From: Candidatus Campbellbacteria bacterium GW2011_OD1_34_28
GTDB lineage: Bacteria > Patescibacteriota > Minisyncoccia > Phycocordibacterales > UBA12079
Direction: 5' to 3'
Length of the DNA: 64,000 bases
Assembly: GCA_001029775.1 (NCBI GenBank)
Contig: CP011215.1
Span: 426,303 to 490,302, forward strand
Shown here: one piece after another, positions 56,822-64,000 of the stretch
How positions within the stretch are numbered: position 1 is the stretch's first letter
Layout of the letters: every line of letters begins with the position of its first letter
The notes under the pieces: generated by a model
What the model was told of the DNA's origin: nothing
The model's database searches: none
What the model saw: the letters and a program-made list of their open reading frames with translations, nothing else
Translations under genes and position numbers: made by a program

Positions 56822-56947
56822 ATAATTCCAAAATTAAAGAATTTCTTCGTCGACTAAGAAAAAAACTTCCTCATCGTAATCGTATTTAAAATACGACTCG
56901 GAAGTTTTTTTCTTGTCTTCTCGAACTTCATTTAATTTTGGAATTAT
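56822..56947. repeat. Long REP-like rod element, copy E
   Basis: ataattccaaaattaa ... ttaattttggaattat; aligns with copy A. Confidence 0.8.
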
Positions 56948-56962
56948 TTTTTTGTTCGTGAG

Positions 56963-58993
56963 TTAGTTTACGATTTCAAAATCAATCGTCCTTTTTTCCA
57001 AATCAACACCTATCAATTTTATTTTTACTTTGTCGCCCAATGTGTATTTTTTTCCACTGCGTTCTCCAACAATACGATAATTTTTTGGATCAATATTATA
57101 GTGATCATCTTTCAATGTTCTAACACTTACCAATCCTTCGGCTTTTGTTTTTTGATCTTGAACATATACACCCCAATCAACAACGCTGGTTATCATACCT
57201 TCAAACTCTTCTCCAACCAGCTTTGACATATATTCAGCATATTTGTATTTTACAGAATCTCTTTCTGCTTCCATTGCAGAAATTTCTTGTGTGGTAGAAA
57301 TGGCCGACAATTCTTCAAATCGTCCAATTTCTTTTTCGGAAACTTCTTCACCCGCCAAATATCTTTTTAACAAACGATGTACCATTACATCTGGGTATCT
57401 TCGGATAGGGGAAGTAAAGTGTGTATAAAATTTGAAAGCCAAACCATAGTGTCCAATATTTTTTGTGCTGTAAATTGCTTTTGCCATTGATCGAACAACT
57501 ACTTTGGCGATCAGATCTTCTTCATCGGTTCCTCTTATTTCATCCAACAAATCGTTTAAATCTTGTGAATCAACATTTCCGTTTCCGTCTGTCTTCAAAG
57601 AGTATCCAATTTTTTTTAAATACTCTGTAAGCTCTTTTATTGCATCCGGTTTTGGTTTGTCGTGAATTCTATAAACAAAAGGCTTGTTTTTTCCTAGTCT
57701 GTTCACATATTCGGTAACCTCTCTGTTTGCAAGAAGCATAAAATCTTCAATCAATTCGTTTGTTTCCAATGTCTCTTTTTCGTAAATCTCTATAGGAAAA
57801 CCTTTTTCGTCCAATTTAAATTTTACTTCGCTTCCTCCAAAAGATATTGCTCCGTTTTTTGTTCTTCTCTTTCTTTTTATCAAAGCCATTTTGTTCAGGG
57901 TATTCAATTCATTATAAAAAAGACCTTCTCCTTTGTTTAAAATTTCTTGTGCTTCAATATAATTAAATCTTTTATCCGAATTTATGATTGTTTCTCCAAA
58001 CCACCTGTTTAGTACTTCACATTTATCATTCAATATAAAGATAGCCGAAAAAGCCAGCTTGTCTTCGTTTGGATTAAGAGAACACAAATCATTTGAGAGA
58101 ACCTCGGGAAGCATTGGAATTGTTCTGTCCACCAAATAAATAGAAGTGGCTCTTTTTACAGCTTCTTGATCAATTGGACTACCTTCTCTCACATAGTGAG
58201 AAACATCGGCGATGTGTATTCCGACTTCGTATGTTCCGTCTCCCAGATCTTTGAAAGACAATGCATCATCAAAATCTTTGGCGTCAAAAGGGTCAATTGT
58301 AAAAGTTGTTGTGTTCCTAAAATCCCAACTAGAAATTGGTCCATCAGGGCGAGAGATTCTTCTTTTCATTTCTTCTTCAAAATCTGCTTTTGCATTTTTT
58401 TTGATTATTTCTGCTTCTTTCTCAACTTCAGGAGGGAAAGAAGGGACAAATCCTTTTTCATAAATAATAGATTCCATTTCTGTGTTGTGATCTCCTTTTT
58501 CTCCAAGAACTTTTGTTACTTCTCCTTGCAGGTTGATCCAATCTTTTATTTTGACAAGAACTTTTTGATTTGATTTTATATTTTTTGTTTCTTCGTTTGG
58601 AAGAATAAAAATAGCTTTGTATATTTTTCTATCGTCTGGTTGGAAAGAGATTATTCCATTGTCATTTAAAATAGTACCAACAAATTGCTCGCGGTTTCTT
58701 CTGATGATTGATTTTACTGATCCCTTTATACGGCCTTCGCTTTTTTTGTTACTAATAGAAAATTGGACGATATCTCTGTTTAATGCAGTGTTTAAATCGC
58801 TTGTTGGTATTTTGATATCCTCGGCGAACTTTTCTGTTCTAATATATCCGTCCCCCTTGGCACTAATCAAAATTTGACCCTCAAATATTTCTGACGAGAA
58901 TTTTTCTTTTATGTTAGATTTTTTTCTAGGGCGAAAATTTGAATCTTTGTTTCTTTTGTGTTTTTTATTTTTCATTTTTATAAATAGTAACAT
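56963..58993 (-). CDS. rnr: Ribonuclease R (alternative start at 58975)
   Basis: FTIDPFDAKDFDDALS, HIADVSHYV, LIEDFMLLAN, HYGLA..YTHFTSPIRRYPD, C-terminal S1 domain. Confidence 0.95.
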   Translation of the reverse strand: MLLFIKMKNKKHKRNKDSNFRPRKKSNIKEKFSSEIFEGQILISAKGDGYIRTEKFAEDIKIPTSDLNTALNRDIVQFSISNKKSEGRIKGSVKSIIRRNREQFVGTILNDNGIISFQPDDRKIYKAIFILPNEETKNIKSNQKVLVKIKDWINLQGEVTKVLGEKGDHNTEMESIIYEKGFVPSFPPEVEKEAEIIKKNAKADFEEEMKRRISRPDGPISSWDFRNTTTFTIDPFDAKDFDDALSFKDLGDGTYEVGIHIADVSHYVREGSPIDQEAVKRATSIYLVDRTIPMLPEVLSNDLCSLNPNEDKLAFSAIFILNDKCEVLNRWFGETIINSDKRFNYIEAQEILNKGEGLFYNELNTLNKMALIKRKRRTKNGAISFGGSEVKFKLDEKGFPIEIYEKETLETNELIEDFMLLANREVTEYVNRLGKNKPFVYRIHDKPKPDAIKELTEYLKKIGYSLKTDGNGNVDSQDLNDLLDEIRGTDEEDLIAKVVVRSMAKAIYSTKNIGHYGLAFKFYTHFTSPIRRYPDVMVHRLLKRYLAGEEVSEKEIGRFEELSAISTTQEISAMEAERDSVKYKYAEYMSKLVGEEFEGMITSVVDWGVYVQDQKTKAEGLVSVRTLKDDHYNIDPKNYRIVGERSGKKYTLGDKVKIKLIGVDLEKRTIDFEIVN

Positions 58994-59132
58994 TTTTTAT
59001 TATTTTAGGATATTTTAGAAACTTGATAATTTCAATAGGGCAGTATTCTAAGGGCTTGACAAGTAGGTCTATTTTTTGATATGGTTTTTATAGGAAATTC
59101 TTTTCATTTTCAATAACAAAGGAGGTAACGAG

Positions 59133-60197
59133 ATGAAAAAGAGAATTATTCTCTTAGTTTTGTTGGGTCTTTTTTCGGTTTCTACAGCAATGGCGAGTAC
59201 ATTGGTGGTGGAGCAGATTACTCAGCCGTTGAGTGGTCTCGCACCGGAAGGAGCGACGAGGATCCCTTTCTCAAAAGTGCGTTTTCGTGCACAGGACGGC
59301 AAGGTCGCCCTTTATGGCGTCTATGTTGAGAAAACGGGAATGGCCGGACAGGTCTTCTCTGGAGTTGCATTACTTCGTAATGGGGTTCAAATGGGAACGA
59401 CCGTCACCAGTTTTGGTGCGGACAATCGGGCAATGTTAATGGCAGATTCACCGTTTGAAATCGCCGACGGTTCCTCTTACGACTTAACTGTCGTGGGGAA
59501 TATGCGCGACGATTTGTCGGGAGATGATGGTAAAACCATCGGTATTGCCATCGTCGGTGTCTGGACGACAGCGACTGTGCAGGGTTTTGTTCTAATCGAA
59601 GGAACTCACCGGACGGCGAGTTCCGACTATGTCATTGGCGCTGTCAACGCAACAGCTGGTGAGGACAATCCGTCAGCTGGATCAACTGCTTACCCCGGAG
59701 AGACAAAAATTTTCTCTTCGGTAAGTTTGATCGCTTCGTCCGTTGAGGACGAGGTTCTCAAATCAGTGATGGTGAAGGCGTCGGGGAACGCAACCAAAAG
59801 TGATTACAACAGTGTGGTGCTTTTGGTCGGTGGGACAAACTATCCGATGACTGTTTTGCCGGACGGCAGGTACTACGCAGGCGGGATCAATAAAACCATC
59901 ACGAACACCGCTAAAACGAAAGTATCGATTTCTGCAAATGTGGTCGGAGGCGTTGGTAAAACAATCGCCTTTGATATCGTAGAATCAACTGATGTTGAAT
60001 TGGCCGGTGCAATTACCGGATTCGGTACAACGCCGATCGGATCAGGACCTTCGTTCGGTTCGTTCCCTTGGTTCAAGGGAACGACGACGAGCATCGTTCA
60101 GGCACCAACACCGCCTCCTCCTTTACCACCACCGACTGCGAAACAACGCAAGGCGGCAGCAATGACGGCCATTCGGTCGCTGTTGCAGGACAAGTAG
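59133..60197 (+). CDS. Secreted beta-rich (S-layer/Ig-like) protein with a Pro-rich tail; stand-alone SD-led unit
   Basis: Signal peptide MKKRIILLVLLGLFSVSTAMA; SD AAGGAGGT; promoter TTGACA at 59056 with TGaTATGGT; GC above background. Confidence 0.75.
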   Translation: MKKRIILLVLLGLFSVSTAMASTLVVEQITQPLSGLAPEGATRIPFSKVRFRAQDGKVALYGVYVEKTGMAGQVFSGVALLRNGVQMGTTVTSFGADNRAMLMADSPFEIADGSSYDLTVVGNMRDDLSGDDGKTIGIAIVGVWTTATVQGFVLIEGTHRTASSDYVIGAVNATAGEDNPSAGSTAYPGETKIFSSVSLIASSVEDEVLKSVMVKASGNATKSDYNSVVLLVGGTNYPMTVLPDGRYYAGGINKTITNTAKTKVSISANVVGGVGKTIAFDIVESTDVELAGAITGFGTTPIGSGPSFGSFPWFKGTTTSIVQAPTPPPPLPPPTAKQRKAAAMTAIRSLLQDK

Positions 60198-60198
60198 C

Positions 60199-60243
60199 AA
60201 AGAGCAGATTTTGTGCGTACGCGCACAAAATCTGCTCTTTTTT
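60199..60243 (+). terminator. Intrinsic terminator
   Basis: aaagagcagattttgtgcg-tacg-cgcacaaaatctgctcttttt. Confidence 0.8.
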
Positions 60244-60277
60244 GTTTGTTAAAAATACTTTAAACAAAAAAAAGTAA

Positions 60278-60286
60278 TGTGGATAA
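60278..60286 (-). promoter_or_regulatory. Consensus DnaA box upstream of mraZ
   Basis: TGTGGATAA, the reverse complement of TTATCCACA. Confidence 0.55.
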
Positions 60287-60330
60287 CTTGTTTTGTAATG
60301 TGTCTTCTAGTGGTATATAATGTATGACAA

Positions 60331-60346
60331 GTGGGAAGTAGTGGGA
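60331..60346 (+). promoter_or_regulatory. MraZ-binding direct repeats
   Basis: GTGGGA-agta-GTGGGA with 10-bp period, just downstream of the TATAAT and upstream of mraZ. Confidence 0.75.
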
Positions 60347-60373
60347 CAATTATAAAAATAACTTTATAAAACA

Positions 60374-60808
60374 ATGTTGATTGGCGAATACACACACTCA
60401 ATAGATCCAAAAAAAAGGGTGTCTTTGCCTGCAAAATTTCGTAAAGAAGTTGGAAAGAAAGTAATAATGACTCACGGCTTGGATAATTGTTTGTCCATTT
60501 ACACACTTAAAGAGTGGGAAAAAATTTCTGAAAAATTGTCTGGTTTATCTATGGGGCAAGCTGATCAAAGAAGTTTTAACCGTTTTATGTTGGCGGGTGC
60601 GGTAGAAACGGAGGTTGATTCTGTTGGTAGAATTTTGATCCCTGATTTTTTGAAAGATTACGCAAAGTTAAAAACAAAAGTTGTTTTGACTGGGGTTTAC
60701 AATCATATAGAAATTTGGGATGAGAAGATGTGGAGAATTTACAAACAGAAAATTGAAAATCAGGCTGACGCATTGGCTGAAAAATTGGGAGAGATAGGGG
60801 TCATTTAA
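60374..60808 (+). CDS. mraZ: Transcriptional regulator MraZ
   Basis: GEYTHSIDPKKRVSLPAKFR, DSVGRILIP, HIEIW. Confidence 0.96.
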   Translation: MLIGEYTHSIDPKKRVSLPAKFRKEVGKKVIMTHGLDNCLSIYTLKEWEKISEKLSGLSMGQADQRSFNRFMLAGAVETEVDSVGRILIPDFLKDYAKLKTKVVLTGVYNHIEIWDEKMWRIYKQKIENQADALAEKLGEIGVI

Positions 60809-60954
60809 AAACTAAAAGTTTTTAAATGACAATGTCAAATTCCCAATTTCTAATTTCCAATAAAAGTGAAAATAATCAAATTAAACAAAATGATATTTTA
60901 GAAATTAGAAATTAGAAATTAGGAATTAAAACTTTGTTAAACAAATAAACAGGA

Positions 60955-61896
60955 ATGACGAACAAAAATTCAGAAATAAAGAAAAAAGTTGAAACAAAGC
61001 ACATACCTGTTCTTTTAAATGAAGTTATAGAGGGTTTAAATCTTCACAAAGGAGATGCTGTTTTTGACGGGACTTTGGGCGGAGGAGGATATTTTGGAAA
61101 ACTTTGCGAAGTTGTTGGTCCAGAGGGAACAGCAATCGCTGTTGATCAAGATTTAGGGGCAATCAAAAGAGTGGAAGAAAAAAGCGATTTTAGATGTCAA
61201 ACACACTTGATAAATGAAAATTTTAGAAATTTGGACAAAGTTTTGATATCTCTAAACCAAAAGCAGGTACAAGGCGTCGTCTTTGATTTGGGATTAAGTT
61301 CGGATCAATTTGAAATATCGGGTAGAGGATTTTCTTTCAAAAAAAATGAACCATTACTGATGACTTTCAGTGAAAAACCAAACGAAGCGAGATTTACAGC
61401 AAGAGATATTGTAAATACTTGGGATGAAGAAAATATCGCCGATATCTTATACGGATATGGAGAAGAAATGTTTTCAAGAAGGGTAGCAAAAAAAATTGTT
61501 GAAGCGAGAGAAATTAAACCCATAAATACTACGGACGATTTGGTTTCGGTTATAGAATCTGCATTTCCGGTTTGGTATAGAAAGACCAGAAAGACACATT
61601 TCGCGACAAAAACTTTTCAAGCCTTGAGAATAACGGTAAATGATGAAATAGAATCTTTGAAAGATGGTTTACAAAAAGGTTTTCATTCTCTTTCAGAAGG
61701 CGGAAGAATGGCGGTCATTTCTTTTCATAGTTTGGAAGACAGAATCGTAAAAAATTTTATGAAAGAAAAACAACTTGCGAATGAAGGAGAGATCAAAACC
61801 AAAAAACCAATTACACCGACTGATGAAGAAATAAAAAATAACCCAAGATCAAGAAGTGCAAAATTGAGAATAATAGAAAAAATTAATAATCAATAA
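60955..61896 (+). CDS. rsmH: 16S rRNA m4C1402 methyltransferase
   Basis: HIPVLLNEV, DGTLGGGG, DLGLSSDQ, RGFSF, FQALRITVNDE, ISFHSLEDRIVK, NPRSRSAKLR. Confidence 0.96.
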   Translation: MTNKNSEIKKKVETKHIPVLLNEVIEGLNLHKGDAVFDGTLGGGGYFGKLCEVVGPEGTAIAVDQDLGAIKRVEEKSDFRCQTHLINENFRNLDKVLISLNQKQVQGVVFDLGLSSDQFEISGRGFSFKKNEPLLMTFSEKPNEARFTARDIVNTWDEENIADILYGYGEEMFSRRVAKKIVEAREIKPINTTDDLVSVIESAFPVWYRKTRKTHFATKTFQALRITVNDEIESLKDGLQKGFHSLSEGGRMAVISFHSLEDRIVKNFMKEKQLANEGEIKTKKPITPTDEEIKNNPRSRSAKLRIIEKINNQ

Positions 61897-61921
61897 ATGT
61901 AAGACATCGGATGTCTTACAT
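61897..61921. repeat. Short CGG-loop hairpin repeat
   Basis: atgtaagacat-cgg-atgtcttacat. Confidence 0.65.
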
Positions 61922-61932
61922 AAGAAATAAAA

Positions 61933-62256
61933 ATGAATAAAATAATAGGAAAAATTAATAGAGGATATTTTGAAAAGACCATTTTTTGGAGTTTGGTTGT
62001 TCCTACTGTTATTCTTTCTATTTTTTATGCTTACTTTGTAAAACAAACAATCATTAATATTGTTGAAAGAGAAAATTTTGAAGATGAAATTGTTGTTTTG
62101 AATTCGGAAATTGGTAAACTGGAATTTGATTATATTGCATTAAAGAATGAAGTAAATATTGACTATGCTCACTCAATTGGTTTTGTTAATGTTCGTGAAA
62201 TGAAATTTGCTTCAAGAGCCATCCCGACAAAAAACTTGTCTTTGGTAAGGGAATAA
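61933..62256 (+). CDS. FtsL-like cell division protein
   Basis: Single TM then coiled coil ending AHSIGF; lies between rsmH and the PBP gene. Confidence 0.7.
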   Translation: MNKIIGKINRGYFEKTIFWSLVVPTVILSIFYAYFVKQTIINIVERENFEDEIVVLNSEIGKLEFDYIALKNEVNIDYAHSIGFVNVREMKFASRAIPTKNLSLVRE

Positions 62257-62288
62257 GTCATCGAAGTCTGTAAGGTTTACAAAGCGTG

Positions 62289-62328
62289 CCCACACACCCA
62301 AGTTTTTATAAAAACTTGGGTGTGTGGG
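62289..62328. repeat. Perfect 40-bp palindrome
   Basis: cccacacacccaagttttta|taaaaacttgggtgtgtggg. Confidence 0.8.
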
Positions 62329-62345
62329 TCTATAAAATTTGATTT

Positions 62346-64000
62346 ATGAAATTTCCTAAAATATCAATATCAAGAATAAATTTATTGTCTGGGTTGGTTT
62401 CGTTGACAGCTTTTATTTTAGTTTGTCAGCTTTTTAATTTACAAATAGTAAAGGGAGAGTCTTATAGCGAGCAGGCAGATAGACAATACACCGCTCCTAA
62501 TCACTCTGTTTTTAGTAGGGGTACTATTTATTTCAAAGATAAAACAGGACAGCTTGTCTCAGCGGCTACTTTGCAAACAGGTTTCATCTTGGCTATAAAT
62601 CCTAAAAATATTGAAGATTCAAAAATGGTTTATGAAAAAATATCCGAGATTGTCGATATTGATGCTGTTACATTTTTTAACAAAGCCAACAAAAAAGATG
62701 ATCCGTATGAAGAAATAATTTTAAAATTGGATAAAGAGACCGCTGATAAAATATCAGCACTTGATTTAGAAGGTGTTGGTTTGTACAAACAGAGATGGAG
62801 ATTTTATCCAGGAAAAAATTTGTCAGCACATTCACTCGGGTTTATTGGGTTTAGCGGTGACGAAAATAGTGTAGAAGGGCTTTACGGTTTGGAAAAATAT
62901 TACAACGATTCTTTAAAAAGAAAAAACGAAGATTTGTATGTAAATTTTTTTGCCGAAGTTTTTTCTAGTGTAGGGGATTCTTTTTCAAAGATAAGAAAAG
63001 AAGGAGATATTATTTTAGGAATTGATCCATCCGCTCAGTTATTTCTTGAGTCTGAATTACAAAAAATATCCGATGAGTGGGGAATTGAATCAGGAGCTGG
63101 AATAATAATGGATCCAAAGACTGGAAAAATTTATTCTTTGGCTGTTTATCCGAATTTTGATTTAAATAATTTTAAAAATGAAGATATTACTACATTTAGT
63201 AATCCTTTTGTGGAAAATGTTTTTGAAATGGGTTCAATTATAAAACCATTAACTATGGCAATTGGTTTGGACACAGGGGCGGTTACTGCCGATACTACTT
63301 ATGATGACAAAGGTTTTTTGATTATGGATAAAGCAAGAATTTCAAATTATGACGGAAAAGCGAGGGGAGTTGTTCCTATGCAAGAAGTTTTGAATCAATC
63401 TTTAAATACTGGAGTGGCTTTTGTTGTAGACAAGGTAGGTCATAAAAAGTTTGCAGATTATATGTTCAAGTTGGGGTTGGGAGAAGAGACTGGAATTGAT
63501 TTGCCAAATGAAACATATGGTTTGGTAGACAATTTGAATAGTACTCGTGATATAGAATATGCCACGGCTTCTTTTGGTCAGGGGATTGCTTTAACTCCGA
63601 TCGAAACTGTTCGTGCGTTGGCCACTTTGGCAAACGGTGGGGTGTTGGTTACTCCTCATTTTGCGACAGACATAAAATATAGAACTGGTATCACCAGAGA
63701 ATTGATTTATGAACCGGGAGAGAGGATTTTTAAAGAAAATACATCGGATGAAATAACAAGAATGTTGGTAAAAGTAGTTGATGACGCGCTAGTTGGCGGA
63801 ACTTTAAAATTGGAAAATTATAGTATCGCTGCCAAGACAGGAACCGCTCAAATCGCAAAAGAAGATGGTAGAGGATACTATGATGATAGATATTTACACA
63901 GTTTTTTTGGGTACTTTCCAGCTTATGATCCAGAATTTATAGTTTTCTTCTATATTGTAAATCCTCGAGAAGTAAAGTATGCTTCTCAGACACTGACGGA
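62346..64000 (+). CDS. ftsI: Class B penicillin-binding protein (FtsI/PBP3-like), 3' truncated; not in the ORF track
   Basis: Manual translation MKFPKISISRINLLSGL.., RGTIYF, RFYP, FEMGSIIKP (SxxK), SLN (SxN), AKTGTAQ (KTG); dcw context. Confidence 0.9.
   Translation, partial: MKFPKISISRINLLSGLVSLTAFILVCQLFNLQIVKGESYSEQADRQYTAPNHSVFSRGTIYFKDKTGQLVSAATLQTGFILAINPKNIEDSKMVYEKISEIVDIDAVTFFNKANKKDDPYEEIILKLDKETADKISALDLEGVGLYKQRWRFYPGKNLSAHSLGFIGFSGDENSVEGLYGLEKYYNDSLKRKNEDLYVNFFAEVFSSVGDSFSKIRKEGDIILGIDPSAQLFLESELQKISDEWGIESGAGIIMDPKTGKIYSLAVYPNFDLNNFKNEDITTFSNPFVENVFEMGSIIKPLTMAIGLDTGAVTADTTYDDKGFLIMDKARISNYDGKARGVVPMQEVLNQSLNTGVAFVVDKVGHKKFADYMFKLGLGEETGIDLPNETYGLVDNLNSTRDIEYATASFGQGIALTPIETVRALATLANGGVLVTPHFATDIKYRTGITRELIYEPGERIFKENTSDEITRMLVKVVDDALVGGTLKLENYSIAAKTGTAQIAKEDGRGYYDDRYLHSFFGYFPAYDPEFIVFFYIVNPREVKYASQTLT

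Noticed and set aside
14768-60243. Integron cassette array as the explanation for the orphan units
   Set aside because: Units are dispersed and carry their own promoters; no attC-like RYYYAAC...GTTRRRY sites or integron integrase seen.
1-64000. Alternative genetic code (TGA = Gly) as in Gracilibacteria/Absconditabacteria
   Set aside because: All conserved genes are full-length under code 11 with no in-frame TGA.

Overview
AT-rich bacterial chromosome segment read with the standard code (TGA = stop). Gene content and style suggest a Patescibacteria/CPR (Parcubacteria-like) organism; this is an inference. The backbone is housekeeping: rpoC (3' part), dnaG, rpoD, thrS, miaA, a MacAB-like exporter, alaS, infA-rpmJ-rpsM-rpsK-rpsD-rpoA-rplQ-rplM-rpsI, grpE-dnaK-dnaJ, trpS, rnj, secG, topA, a short smc, rnr and mraZ-rsmH-ftsL-ftsI (5' part). 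It also carries a 3300-aa fibre-like surface protein and a sortase with a divergent substrate. The most interesting signals are non-coding or regulatory. (1) Two tandem copies of an unrecognised, covarying ~108-nt structured RNA, each with its own promoter and terminator (27471-27759). (2) About a dozen orphan genes, mostly in stand-alone units with a sigma70 promoter and terminator, all with purine-rich Shine-Dalgarno sites and several GC-rich, in a genome whose core genes lack SD sites and often look leaderless. (3) A T-box at thrS with no room for Stem I. (4) A nested set of palindromic repeats: 75-160-nt rod hairpins, a 20-bp palindrome inserted without target duplication, CGG-loop hairpins and 7-bp tandem runs, some lying in frame inside topA, miaA and probably rnr. 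No tRNA, rRNA, CRISPR array, transposase or integrase was seen.
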